Shown: positions 52,448 through 62,826 of the stretch, piece by piece | Position numbering within the stretch: the stretch's first letter is position 1 | Layout of the letters: each line of letters starts with the position of its first letter | Assembly: GCA_040394195.1 (NCBI GenBank) | Contig: JBEBSR010000001.1 | Location: forward strand, 25,585 to 89,584 | Reading direction: 5' to 3' | DNA: 64,000 bases | From: Wohlfahrtiimonas larvae | Lineage (GTDB): Bacteria; Pseudomonadota; Gammaproteobacteria; Cardiobacteriales; Wohlfahrtiimonadaceae | The notes under the pieces: model-generated | What the model was told of the DNA's origin: nothing | The model's input: only the letters and a program-made list of their open reading frames with translations | The model's database searches: none | Position numbers and translations under genes: made by a program

Positions 52448-52532
52448 AACTCTGTGCATATAGTTCGTTTGTCTAGGTTCGTAGTAAAGCTGTAGGATCA
52501 AGCCATCTACTATGTAACAAAGGAAAATTGAC

Positions 52533-54032
52533 ATGGATATTTCAACAAAAGTATTAAACAAGTTAGGCATTTCAGATGCAGTATTGAATGGCGGTACACA
52601 CGAAGTTCACAGCCCATTAGATGGCGCAGTGATCGCAAAACTTAAATTCATTGATGAAGCAGCAACAGATAAAATGATTGATGCAGCACATGATGCATTT
52701 TTGGAATGGCGTACAGTACCAGCACCAATTCGTGGTGAATTGGTTCGTGTATTAGGCGAAGTATTACGTGAGCACAAAGAAGACTTAGCAGCTGTAATCA
52801 CATTAGAAGCTGGTAAAATTCAATCAGAAGCATTGGGCGAAGTTCAAGAAATGATTGATATCTGTGACTTTGCAGTGGGCTTATCTCGCCAGTTGTACGG
52901 TTTGACAATCGCTTCAGAGCGCCCAGGCCACCACATGCGTGAAACATGGCATCCTTTAGGTGTTGTGGGTGTAATCACAGCATTTAACTTCCCAATGGCT
53001 GTTTGGTCTTGGAACTCTGCTTTGGCATTGATCTGTGGTAACCCAGTTGTTTGGAAGCCATCAGAAAAAACTCCTTTAACTGCATTGGCTTGCCAAGCAG
53101 TATTTGAGAAAGCGGTTGCTCGTTTTGGTTCAGCACCTAAAAACTTATCACAATTAGTAATGGGCGCACGTAACTGCGGTAATGCGATCGTTGAAAACCA
53201 CAAAGTAGCATTAGTGAGCGCAACAGGTAGTACTCGCATGGGTCGTGAAATTGGCCCTAAAGTTGCAGCGCGCTTCGGCCGTTCTATCCTAGAATTGGGC
53301 GGTAACAACGCGATGATCTTGACTGAATCAGCGGATCTAGAATTAGCAGTTCGCGCAATTCTATTCAGTGCTGTAGGTACAGCAGGTCAACGTTGTACAA
53401 CACTTCGCCGCTTGATCATTCATAAATCAGTGAAAGCACAAGTATTAGAGCGTTTGAAAGCATCTTACAACACAGTACCAGTAGGTTCACCACGTGATAC
53501 TAATAACTTAGTTGGACCATTAATTGATAAAGGTTCATTCGATGAAATGCAATCAGCATTAGCAAGAGCAAAAGCTTCTGGTGGTGTTGTTCATGGTGGC
53601 GAGCGCGTATTAGCAGCAGAAATGCCAAATGCATATTACGTGAAACCTGCAATCGTTGAAATGCCAGAGCAAAATGAAGTTGTAGAAACAGAAACATTTG
53701 CACCAATCCTATACGTTATGGAATACGAAAACTTTGCAGATGCAATGGCGATGAACAACGATGTTCCACAAGGCTTATCATCATGTATCTTCACAAATGA
53801 TGTAAGAGAAGCAGAGTTCTTCCAATCTGCTGCGGGTAGCGATTGTGGTATCGCGAACGTAAACATCGGCACAAGTGGTGCTGAAATTGGCGGTGCATTT
53901 GGTGGTGAAAAAGAAACTGGCGGTGGCCGTGAATCTGGTTCAGATTCTTGGAAAGGTTACATGCGTCGTCAAACTAACACGATCAACTATTCTCGTGAAT
54001 TACCACTAGCGCAAGGCGTTAAATTCGATTAA
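52533..54032 (+). CDS. amaB: Delta1-piperideine-6-carboxylate / aminoadipate-semialdehyde dehydrogenase (ALDH7)
   Basis: GEVQEMIDICDFAVGLSRQLYG, LELGGNNA, GTAGQRCTT, GGRESGSDSWK. Confidence 0.85.
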   Translation: MDISTKVLNKLGISDAVLNGGTHEVHSPLDGAVIAKLKFIDEAATDKMIDAAHDAFLEWRTVPAPIRGELVRVLGEVLREHKEDLAAVITLEAGKIQSEALGEVQEMIDICDFAVGLSRQLYGLTIASERPGHHMRETWHPLGVVGVITAFNFPMAVWSWNSALALICGNPVVWKPSEKTPLTALACQAVFEKAVARFGSAPKNLSQLVMGARNCGNAIVENHKVALVSATGSTRMGREIGPKVAARFGRSILELGGNNAMILTESADLELAVRAILFSAVGTAGQRCTTLRRLIIHKSVKAQVLERLKASYNTVPVGSPRDTNNLVGPLIDKGSFDEMQSALARAKASGGVVHGGERVLAAEMPNAYYVKPAIVEMPEQNEVVETETFAPILYVMEYENFADAMAMNNDVPQGLSSCIFTNDVREAEFFQSAAGSDCGIANVNIGTSGAEIGGAFGGEKETGGGRESGSDSWKGYMRRQTNTINYSRELPLAQGVKFD

Positions 54033-54183
54033 TGTAAATCTTCACAGACTGCGAAGAGTGATTGCTCCCCTGCATTGCTCTTCGCTGTTCTGGCCATCTA
54101 TTAAAGAGCTATATCAATAGCCGAATAATCAAAAACTACCGAGGAAACAATTGGATGATTAAAACATCCATTAGGAGGAGAGA

Positions 54184-55194
54184 ATGCAAATCTCTATTAA
54201 TCAACTACAGGAGCTTGTCGAGAAAATTTTAGATAGCAGAGGTTTTTCCAAACCTCAACGTGATGCTATTACTCAAAACCTCATCACAGCACAAGTTTCC
54301 GAATGTCATTCACATGGTGTATGGCGTTTATTAGAGTTAATCAAAAATCTAGATAAAGGGATGTTGAGCCCAACTGCAATCCCACAAATCACCCAAAATA
54401 AAGGCGCTGTTATTCGCGTAGATTGCCAAATGACAGCGGCACAATATGGCCATCAAGTTGGTATTCCGTTGCTGATTGAGCGTGCAAAAGAGTTAGGTAT
54501 CGCACTATTAGCTGTAAATCATTGCATTCACTTTTCTGCGCTTTGGGTGGAATTAGAGGAATTGACCAAACATAACTTAGTTGGCTTAGCGATGACAACG
54601 AGCCATGCTTGGGTCGCGCCACATGGTGGCACAATGCCTTTATTAGGCACTAACCCATTTGCATTTGCATGGCCTCGCACAAATGTTGATCGCCCTTATA
54701 TTTTTGACTTCGCAACGAGTGCAACAGCACGTGGTGAAATCCAACTGCATGCACGCAACAATACTCAGTTGCCTAATGATGTCGCAATTGACGCCAATGG
54801 CAAACCAACCAATAATCCTAATGAAGCCCTAAAAGGTGCAATGCTTGCGTTTGGTGGACATAAAGGTACAGCTATTTCTACTATGATCGAATTGATGGCT
54901 GGCCCATTGATCAATGATCTCACAAGCCAAGAATCACAAAAAGCAGCCAAAGATGGCGCAGCTTTACCGTATGGTGGTGAAATCATCATTGCGATTGACC
55001 CTGAAATCATTTTGGGTACAGATAGACAAAGTGCAGCACAACATGCAGAAGATTATCTCAACCAATTCAGCCAAGCAGGTGTTCGTTTACCTTCCGAAAG
55101 ACGTTTTGATGCTCGCGATCAAAATCGACAGCAAGGCACAATCAACATTGACGATACATTGATTGAAAATCTCAAAACATTGATTAGGAATTAA
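54184..55194 (+). CDS. dpkA: Ldh_2 family oxidoreductase, DpkA-like Pip2C/Pyr2C reductase
   Basis: SHGVWR, NHCIHFSALW, GTNPFAFAWP, FDFATS..ARGEI, FGGHKG. Confidence 0.75.
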   Translation: MQISINQLQELVEKILDSRGFSKPQRDAITQNLITAQVSECHSHGVWRLLELIKNLDKGMLSPTAIPQITQNKGAVIRVDCQMTAAQYGHQVGIPLLIERAKELGIALLAVNHCIHFSALWVELEELTKHNLVGLAMTTSHAWVAPHGGTMPLLGTNPFAFAWPRTNVDRPYIFDFATSATARGEIQLHARNNTQLPNDVAIDANGKPTNNPNEALKGAMLAFGGHKGTAISTMIELMAGPLINDLTSQESQKAAKDGAALPYGGEIIIAIDPEIILGTDRQSAAQHAEDYLNQFSQAGVRLPSERRFDARDQNRQQGTINIDDTLIENLKTLIRN

Positions 55195-55196
55195 AA

Positions 55197-56507
55197 ATGA
55201 CAACTTCTCAACATGCATTTAAATATGAAAACCTATGGCACACCTTAGTTGAAGATAAAGTTTCTTTCAAACCACTTCAAAATAATGAAACAGCAGATGT
55301 TTGTATCGTTGGTGCAGGTTTTACAGGATTATCCGCAGCCATTCATTTAGCAGAACAAGGTAAATCTGTTGTGATTTTAGAAGCTCGACATGTGGCTTTC
55401 GGCGGCAGTGGTCGTAACGTTGGCTTAGTGAATGCAGGTACATGGAATAAGCCTGATTTCATGGTGGATATTCTCGGCAAAGAAATGGGTGAAAACTTAG
55501 TGGCAGCATTGGGTGATGCACCCAAATTAGTATTCTCCATCATTCAAAAATATGGCATTGATGCACAGCAACAACAAGTTGGCACATTGCACATGGCACA
55601 TAGTGAAAAAGGCGTACCTGAATTACAAGATCGCTATGAGCAATTAACACGCCGTGGTGCGCCTGTTGAGCTATTAACAGGTGCTCGTATGGAAGAATAC
55701 TCAGGCAGTAAAAAAATTCCTGCAGCATTATTGGATCATCGTGCGGGTACTGTGAATCCATTTGCTTATGCAACTGGCTTAGCGAAAACAGCAGATAAAT
55801 TGGGCGTAAAAATCTTTGAAAACTCTCCAGTTGCTTCTGTGAACTGTGAAAAGGCTGGCGAATGGGTTGTAACAGCATTGGGTCACACAGTTCGCGCTGA
55901 GAAAGTCATCATTGCTACAAATGCTTATGCAGAAGGTGAATTATCCGAATACCGTAAGGCAGTTTACAGCGGTTATTATTATCAAGTGGCTTCAGAGCCA
56001 ATGGGTGAAGCTGGTGCAACTGTTCTACCTTATAAGCAAGGTTCTTGGGATACACGATTAGTATTGAGTAGTATTCGTTTAGATAAAGATGGTCGCTTAA
56101 TTTTAGGTAGTATGGGACGAGCACTCAATAAGCCTGATTGGTACCTCAAAACTTGGGCAGATCGCATTCAACAGCATTACTTCCCACAGCTTGGTACTAA
56201 AATGAACTGGCAATATAGCTGGTGTGGTCGCATTGGTTTTACTGATAACCATACGCCAAAAGTATTTGAGCCTGCCCCAGGTTTAATCGCCGCAATTGGC
56301 TATAACGGCCGTGGCATTACAACAGGAACATTGATTGGTAAGTTATTTGCAGATCATCTAACAGGACAAGAAACAGCACCAATTCCATTGCCATTCTTCT
56401 CTTCTGTGGATCAATCTAAGTGCAATTACTCACAAATGAAATCCCTATTCATTGAATCAGGATTTACAATGTACCATTTGGGTCAATGCTTGAAAGTGAT
56501 TCGTTAA
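55197..56507 (+). CDS. amaA: FAD-dependent L-pipecolate oxidase-like oxidoreductase
   Basis: GAGFTGLSAA, GGSGRNVGLVNAG, GTLHMAH, RRGAPVELLTG, LLDHRAGTVNP, YNGRGITTGT; same operon as amaB. Confidence 0.78.
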   Translation: MTTSQHAFKYENLWHTLVEDKVSFKPLQNNETADVCIVGAGFTGLSAAIHLAEQGKSVVILEARHVAFGGSGRNVGLVNAGTWNKPDFMVDILGKEMGENLVAALGDAPKLVFSIIQKYGIDAQQQQVGTLHMAHSEKGVPELQDRYEQLTRRGAPVELLTGARMEEYSGSKKIPAALLDHRAGTVNPFAYATGLAKTADKLGVKIFENSPVASVNCEKAGEWVVTALGHTVRAEKVIIATNAYAEGELSEYRKAVYSGYYYQVASEPMGEAGATVLPYKQGSWDTRLVLSSIRLDKDGRLILGSMGRALNKPDWYLKTWADRIQQHYFPQLGTKMNWQYSWCGRIGFTDNHTPKVFEPAPGLIAAIGYNGRGITTGTLIGKLFADHLTGQETAPIPLPFFSSVDQSKCNYSQMKSLFIESGFTMYHLGQCLKVIR

Positions 56508-56532
56508 ATCACGTTAAAAGATATGGAGTATC

Positions 56533-56559
56533 GATCTTCTCGCCATCGGCGAGAAGATC
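56533..56559. terminator. Strong hairpin between convergent genes
   Basis: GATCTTCTCGCC-ATC-GGCGAGAAGATC, 12-bp stem; no clear U-tract. Confidence 0.5.
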
Positions 56560-56635
56560 AAAACATAATAATCAACGACATTTTCTTGCGCACAGCAAGA
56601 AAATTAGCAATAAGAATAGAAGTTAAAAATAAATA

Positions 56636-57562
56636 TTATTCTTCAGGTAAATACTTTGGATCTTTGCCTAAATAATTTAAAATCCATTCACGAATAATTT
56701 TCACTTTAGGCTCAGCTGAATGGCTTTTGAGATAAGCCATATAATAAGAACCAACACCAGTTAAACGATGAGAAGATGCAGGCACTAGGCAACCATGTTT
56801 CAAATCGGCTTCCACTAGAATTTTTGGCACCAATGCCAAGCCACAACCTGTTTTCGCTGCGCTAATGCAAGATGACCAACGTTCAAATAACAATGAACGA
56901 TAACCATCAGGATAAATTTGATTAAAACGCTCAAAGAATTGATCCCACGTATTTAAGCGAGAACGGCATTCAATTAATCGAGTATTGAAGTAAATATCAA
57001 TTTCTGGCTTACCTTTATTGCGCTCCAAAACTTCTGGATTACACACTGGAATCATCTCTTCATCAAATAGTTCGATAGATTCCATGCCATGCCAACCACC
57101 ATAACCATAAACGAAAGCAACATCCACATCCACTTCAATCGGATCATAGGGCAACATCTGCTCATAAAATGAGAGCTGAACATCACCATAATGTGCAGTA
57201 AAGCCTTTCAATGCTTTCACCAACCATGCAGAACATAGTGATGGATGCGATGCAATGCGAATCACATCTTCAAATGTGCCGTAAGACAACATCTCTTTCG
57301 ATGTTTCTTCGATCTTGCGCAAGATTGTATTCACATGGGCAAGATATGTACTACCTGCTGGGGATAATTCTAATTTCTGTCGGTTACGTACAAATAACTG
57401 AACTTGCAAGCTGCTTTCTAATAGAGCAACCTGCTTGCTGATGGCACTTTGCGTCAGATTCAGCTCTGCCGCTGCCAAGGTAAAACTTAAGTGCTTCGCC
57501 GAGACTTGGAAACACCGCATTGTGTGCGTTGTTGGTAAATATAAACGACTCATTTTCTCCAT
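56636..57562 (-). CDS. LysR (GcvA-like) transcriptional regulator
   Basis: LSFTLAAAELNLTQSAISKQVALLE..LFVR HTH. Confidence 0.93.
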   Translation of the reverse strand: MEKMSRLYLPTTHTMRCFQVSAKHLSFTLAAAELNLTQSAISKQVALLESSLQVQLFVRNRQKLELSPAGSTYLAHVNTILRKIEETSKEMLSYGTFEDVIRIASHPSLCSAWLVKALKGFTAHYGDVQLSFYEQMLPYDPIEVDVDVAFVYGYGGWHGMESIELFDEEMIPVCNPEVLERNKGKPEIDIYFNTRLIECRSRLNTWDQFFERFNQIYPDGYRSLLFERWSSCISAAKTGCGLALVPKILVEADLKHGCLVPASSHRLTGVGSYYMAYLKSHSAEPKVKIIREWILNYLGKDPKYLPEE

Positions 57563-57661
57563 TCCTCTTTTCCATTGCTGGATATTTTTATCTATCTTTG
57601 TTAAATAAATCTAACAAATTAATGCTTTTGCATGCAACATGTATACCACACGCAAACTCAT

Positions 57662-57690
57662 AAAAAAAGCGGTGTTGCCACCGCTTTCTT
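57662..57690 (-). terminator. Terminator of the amine dehydrogenase gene
   Basis: AAAGCGGTG-GCAA-CACCGCTTTTTTT on the minus strand. Confidence 0.8.
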
Positions 57691-57714
57691 ACATTTGTCT
57701 AAATTCGTACAGAA

Positions 57715-58737
57715 TTAATCCACATAAAACTCCATTGGATAAGTCATGTAACCCACTTCTTCCAATTTATCTACCGTGATAAATCCTGCTGGTGCATTCA
57801 ATACAGAAGGAATACGATTCACAGCTGTTGCGCAAGTGTGCGCTACTGTATCTGGTTTCTGTACAGAGAAAGTAACATCAGGTTCACCAATGATCTTCCA
57901 ATCACAGCGATCGCCTTCGCCTTCACCATAAACATTCCCAACGCATTGCACCACAACTTCAATACCTTGATGTGTTTTAATCGTTGTCACAGCGCTCATA
58001 CCTGTTGCAATGCCTGCTTTAATAGTTTCGCCCATTGTTTCTGAATAGATATCTTTATCCAAGATGATTGGCACACTTTTTTGGCTGATGCTTGCAATCG
58101 TCCAACGCATTTTTGCGCACAAAGATTCCGCAGCATTCCACATATAAGATGGGAAGCTTTCCGCAGATGCGATCTCTTTATCAAATTGCTCAGCAGATAA
58201 ACCTACACCATGTGCTTTTGCTAAAGCCATACCGTAATGATCCACGTTATAACTCACAACGCCTTCCATTCGTGTGATTTTATTCACGCCACCCGCTACT
58301 AAATATGGCATGTTGATCCAATAGATATCTTGCATGCCAGAGCCTGTGAGTGTTACGCCATGTTCTTTTGCTAAACGATCTAAGCGATTCGTTTCTGCAG
58401 GTGAAGTATTCCAAGGATAAATGGCCTCTTCACAAATTGTAATGACACTGACGCCATTTTTTGCACAGAGTTCAAAGAAAGGATACATTTCTGGCATATA
58501 GCTAAAAACAGTGACGATTGCGATATCTGCATCACATGAATCAAATACACGCTGTGCATTATTATCAATTTTCACACCAGTTTTATGACCAAAATTTGCG
58601 AAATCACCAATATCCATGCCTTGTAATTCTGGCTTATTATCAATCGCGCCAACAATCTCCGCACCGTGATCACGCAAGTAACGCAACATCACTTCAGCCA
58701 TTTTTCCACAACCGTACTGAACCACACGAATTTTCAT
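57715..58737 (-). CDS. NAD(P)H-dependent amine dehydrogenase family (2,4-diaminopentanoate dehydrogenase-like, native AmDH)
   Basis: [11 protein letters not shown] Rossmann motif, [52 protein letters not shown]. Confidence 0.8.
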   Translation of the reverse strand: MKIRVVQYGCGKMAEVMLRYLRDHGAEIVGAIDNKPELQGMDIGDFANFGHKTGVKIDNNAQRVFDSCDADIAIVTVFSYMPEMYPFFELCAKNGVSVITICEEAIYPWNTSPAETNRLDRLAKEHGVTLTGSGMQDIYWINMPYLVAGGVNKITRMEGVVSYNVDHYGMALAKAHGVGLSAEQFDKEIASAESFPSYMWNAAESLCAKMRWTIASISQKSVPIILDKDIYSETMGETIKAGIATGMSAVTTIKTHQGIEVVVQCVGNVYGEGEGDRCDWKIIGEPDVTFSVQKPDTVAHTCATAVNRIPSVLNAPAGFITVDKLEEVGYMTYPMEFYVD

Positions 58738-58784
58738 AATAAGCTCCTATTTATAGTATTGGTGAAACTTATCTGCATGGTAAC

Positions 58785-58810
58785 AAAAAAGGCGGTTACC
58801 CGCCTTTTTA
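58785..58810. terminator. Hairpin between carbamate kinase and amine dehydrogenase genes
   Basis: AAAAAAGGCGG-TTAC-CCGCCTTTTTT. Confidence 0.75.
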
Positions 58811-58827
58811 TCACAACTTTTTATACA

Positions 58828-59784
58828 CTATTTATGAATCTTTGTACCTTTTGTACCTTTAAGTGCATCAGCCATTGTTTCAAGCTTAGTCACAATGCCA
58901 ACGCCATGTGGACAAGCTTCAACATAATCCAATAAAGATTCTACTTTTGGCAACATGCTACCTGCTGGGAATTGACCTTCAGCTTTGTATTTTTCAGCAT
59001 CAGCCACTGATAATTCAGATAACCATTCTTGGTTTGGCTTACCAAAGTTCACAGCGATTTGCTCAACGCCTGTAGGAATCAAATATACGTCTGCTTTTAA
59101 ATCTGCTGCCAATAAAGAAGATACGCGATCTTTATCAATCACAGACTCAATACCGCTTACCGTATTATCTGCATTGCGTTGTACTGGAATACCGCCACCA
59201 CCACAAGCAATTACCAATGCATCAGCATCCACTAAGCTTTTAATCACATCCAATTCAACAATTGATTTTGGAGATGGTGAAGCAACAACTCTTCTCCAGC
59301 CACGACCTGAATCTTCTACAATGTTCCAGCCTTCAGTTGCCGCTTTATCTTTTGCAGTTGCTTCATCCATAAATACGCCAACTGGCTTATTAGGTGTTGC
59401 AAACGCAGGATCATTTGGATCAACTTCCACTTGTGTAATCACAGATACAACAGGTTTATTAATGCCACGACGCTTAAATTCATTACCAATTGCTGATTGC
59501 AATAAATAACCGATTTCGCCTTGTGTGCTAGAAACATGATGATCCAATGGATATTGCGGTAATTCTTTCGCCGCTGCATCCTGAATCAAATGGATGCCCA
59601 CATGAGGACCATTACCATGGGTTAACACAACACGCCAGCCTGCTTCAATTAAGTTCACAACATCCACAGCTAATTTATCTGCAACTTCACGTTGTGATTG
59701 CATATCAATGTGGTTGTTATCTTCGATTAATGCATTGCCACCAATTGCCAATACCATGACTGGCACTTTCTTCTGATCACTCAT
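58828..59784 (-). CDS. arcC: Carbamate kinase
   Basis: LAIGGNAL, THGNGPHVG, STQGEIGY, KPVG, RRVVASPSP, GGGGIPV, VIDKD, GSMLPKVE. Confidence 0.93.
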   Translation of the reverse strand: MSDQKKVPVMVLAIGGNALIEDNNHIDMQSQREVADKLAVDVVNLIEAGWRVVLTHGNGPHVGIHLIQDAAAKELPQYPLDHHVSSTQGEIGYLLQSAIGNEFKRRGINKPVVSVITQVEVDPNDPAFATPNKPVGVFMDEATAKDKAATEGWNIVEDSGRGWRRVVASPSPKSIVELDVIKSLVDADALVIACGGGGIPVQRNADNTVSGIESVIDKDRVSSLLAADLKADVYLIPTGVEQIAVNFGKPNQEWLSELSVADAEKYKAEGQFPAGSMLPKVESLLDYVEACPHGVGIVTKLETMADALKGTKGTKIHK

Positions 59785-59919
59785 ATGTTTTCCTCTCAAT
59801 TAAGTGTGTCAACATCCGCAGTTTAAAACAGAAAAAGCAAATAATGTGGCTATTAAAATAATTAAGTTAATCCTTATAAATTAATAAAAACAATTATTTG
59901 CTATTTTCTTAAAACTTGA

Positions 59920-61245
59920 TTACGACTCTTGACATCCCTTATAAGACAATGGAATACATGCAACAATGATCGCTAAAATTGCAACACTACCAATATACCA
60001 AGCTGCGCCCAATGGCGTTTTGCTTAATAACCAAATCGTTAATGCTGGTGTAATCGCACTGAATACTGCATAAGCTAAGTTATATGAGAAAGACAAACCT
60101 GAATAACGGATCTTCGCTGGGAATGCTCTTGTTCCAATGATTGGGGTAATTGCAATTGCACCTGTGAATAACCCCATCACTGCTGCGCCCATATAAATCA
60201 TTTCTAAACTTGGTTGCGTTGTTAATAATGAATAGAACAAGAATGATGTGATTGCTAAACCACCCCAAGCGATTAATGAAGTTAAACGCGTTTTTAGAAT
60301 ATCTTCCAACCAGCCGAATAATACGCAACCAATCGTTAACATCAATGCCATGATAGAACCTGTCACACGTGCATCAATGGATGATAGCTGATACATGCCA
60401 CCTAGAATTTTCACTGGTGTCATTAAGATTGCCACCATCACCGTTGTGGATAATGTCCATGTCATCAATGCTACGATCACACATGCCCATTTATGTTTTT
60501 TCATTACTGTTACAACAGGAATTTCTTTTGATAATTCTTTACGCTCAGCCATTTCTTGGAAGATTGGCGTTTCTGATAAATAACGGCGTAAGTAAACAGA
60601 AATTACACCAAATAAACCACCTGCAATGAATGGAATTCTCCAAGCGTAGCTCAGAATTTCTTCTCTTGTAAAAGTCAGATCGATCAAGATAGAGACTAGG
60701 AAACCTAATAAAATACCACCAGTGATACCGCTCGTTAATACGCCAATGCCTAAGCCATAACGATTTTTTGGAGTATGTTCTGCAATGAATACCCAAGCAC
60801 CTGGCATTTCTCCGCCAATTGCAGCGCCTTGGAACATACGCATGATAATCAATAAAATTGGTGCCATGATGCCGATTGTTTCGTATGTTGGCATGATACC
60901 AATCACAAATGTTGGCAATGCCATCATTGCAACACTTAATGTAAACATTTTCTTACGGCCTAAAATATCACCGAAGTGCGCCATAATAATTCCGCCGATT
61001 GGGCGAGCAATATAACCTGCTGCGAATCCGCCCCAAGCATAAATATCACCCCAAACTGTGCCTTGGAGATCTGATGGCAGAAACAGTGCTTTTACAACCA
61101 TTTCGATATACAATGCATAGATAACGAACTCGTAAAATTCTAATGTACCGCCTAAAGAAGATAAGCCTAATGTTTTATAATCTTCTTTATTTAATGGTCG
61201 CGCTGAGGGGGCGCCCGATGCCTCTTGACTCATTGTTACTGACAT
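59920..61245 (-). CDS. MFS transporter, MHS (metabolite:H+ symporter) family
   Basis: GGTLEFYEF, ARPIGGIIMAHFGDILGRK, QGAAIGGE, ETPIF. Confidence 0.9.
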   Translation of the reverse strand: MSVTMSQEASGAPSARPLNKEDYKTLGLSSLGGTLEFYEFVIYALYIEMVVKALFLPSDLQGTVWGDIYAWGGFAAGYIARPIGGIIMAHFGDILGRKKMFTLSVAMMALPTFVIGIMPTYETIGIMAPILLIIMRMFQGAAIGGEMPGAWVFIAEHTPKNRYGLGIGVLTSGITGGILLGFLVSILIDLTFTREEILSYAWRIPFIAGGLFGVISVYLRRYLSETPIFQEMAERKELSKEIPVVTVMKKHKWACVIVALMTWTLSTTVMVAILMTPVKILGGMYQLSSIDARVTGSIMALMLTIGCVLFGWLEDILKTRLTSLIAWGGLAITSFLFYSLLTTQPSLEMIYMGAAVMGLFTGAIAITPIIGTRAFPAKIRYSGLSFSYNLAYAVFSAITPALTIWLLSKTPLGAAWYIGSVAILAIIVACIPLSYKGCQES

Positions 61246-61553
61246 AAATATTTTCCTAAACTTATTTTGATCGAATCCCCATCATAGCTACTTATCTTTC
61301 AAAAATTCAATCCCTAAAGTGAAATATATTTACAATTCTGTGATTTTCATCGATGAATAGTGAATGATGTCACCAAAAATAGCATCAACAACTCACAATT
61401 TCATCGTCAACCATTAATTACATAATTCGATTAATACCAGTGTTTTATATAAATTTTTCTATATATTCCACTCTATTGCGTTGAATCATCTGGCGGTTAA
61501 TATGCAATATTATAATGATTAGACCATCCATATTACTTATGAGCAGGTAATGT

Positions 61554-62795
61554 ATGAATCATTCTAACCCAGCCCATCGTCCATTACCTTATTGGCAGCA
61601 AATCATCATGATTTTGACAGCTGGCTGGATAGTAATTTGGATTTATCGCACAGTTTTAACACCCATTTATCCCATCATTAGTGAGTTCTTTGGACAAGCC
61701 AGCGATGCACAATTAGGCAATATTTCTAGCTTCTATTTTCTTGGCTATGTTTGTATGCAAATTCCATCTGGCATATTGGTGGATAAACTGGGCAAGAAGC
61801 AAGTCATTATTCCTGGCTTTCTACTCTTTGGAATAGGCATATTGGTGGTTGCAACCGCAACTACACTTCCCATAGTTTATATCGGTAGCATCATGGCAGG
61901 CTTAGGCTGTGGAACATTTTATGGTGTTGCCTACTCCCTTACAACTGAATATGTACCAGAACATAAAAAAAGCTTAGCAACTGCCATTGTTAATAGTGGC
62001 ACAGCAGTTGGCAGTGGCATTGGTTTATTATCTTCAAGTTACTTAGTGAATCAAGGTATTCTCTCTTGGCAAACGCTTCTATACATCACAATTGTTCTAG
62101 TCATTGTTATGATTATAATCTTTGCTCGCTGTATCAAACCTAACTTAGGGCCGATTACTCCTCAAACAATCGAAGTAGCACCGATCTCACAAAAAAAATT
62201 GAAAGCATTATTTAAGCCACAGATGATTGCTGCTTATATCCTCTATTTTTCCACGCTCTATACTTATTATTTGATCGATACTTGGCTACCAAACTTTCTT
62301 GAAACAGAGAAAGGTTTTGAAGGTACCGCAGTTGGCCTAGCTTCATCTCTTGTCTTTTTTGTAGCGATCCCTGGTGCGTTAGCCTTTAGCTTTATGGCAG
62401 ATAAATTCCCAAAGCATAAAATTAGCTTAATTATCACATTAGAAATCATTGCTGCCTTGGCTTTATTATTTACAGTCAATGCATCACACCAAACAGCTGT
62501 TGTCATTGGAATCATTGCTTACGGTTTTTTTGGTAAATTGGCAGTAGAACCCATCATCATTGCTTGGCTCAGCCAATTTACTCATCGCAAAAGTATTGCG
62601 ACAACTTATGGTGTATTTAATTTCTTTGGAATGACTGCATCTGTGATTGTTCCTTCTTTAACAGGTATGATCTCTGATACAACAGGCTCTAAAATATATG
62701 CATTCTATTTAGCCGCTGCCATTATATTTATAGGTACATTTTTATTTTTCATCATTAATTTTTTAACCAATAAAAACAAAGCCATCACTGCATAA
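61554..62795 (+). CDS. MFS transporter
   Basis: 12-TM pattern, motif A-like GILVDKLGKK and FMADKFPK. Confidence 0.88.
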   Translation: MNHSNPAHRPLPYWQQIIMILTAGWIVIWIYRTVLTPIYPIISEFFGQASDAQLGNISSFYFLGYVCMQIPSGILVDKLGKKQVIIPGFLLFGIGILVVATATTLPIVYIGSIMAGLGCGTFYGVAYSLTTEYVPEHKKSLATAIVNSGTAVGSGIGLLSSSYLVNQGILSWQTLLYITIVLVIVMIIIFARCIKPNLGPITPQTIEVAPISQKKLKALFKPQMIAAYILYFSTLYTYYLIDTWLPNFLETEKGFEGTAVGLASSLVFFVAIPGALAFSFMADKFPKHKISLIITLEIIAALALLFTVNASHQTAVVIGIIAYGFFGKLAVEPIIIAWLSQFTHRKSIATTYGVFNFFGMTASVIVPSLTGMISDTTGSKIYAFYLAAAIIFIGTFLFFIINFLTNKNKAITA

Positions 62796-62826
62796 CAATG
62801 ATGGCTTTGCCAAAGATTACGGTAGG

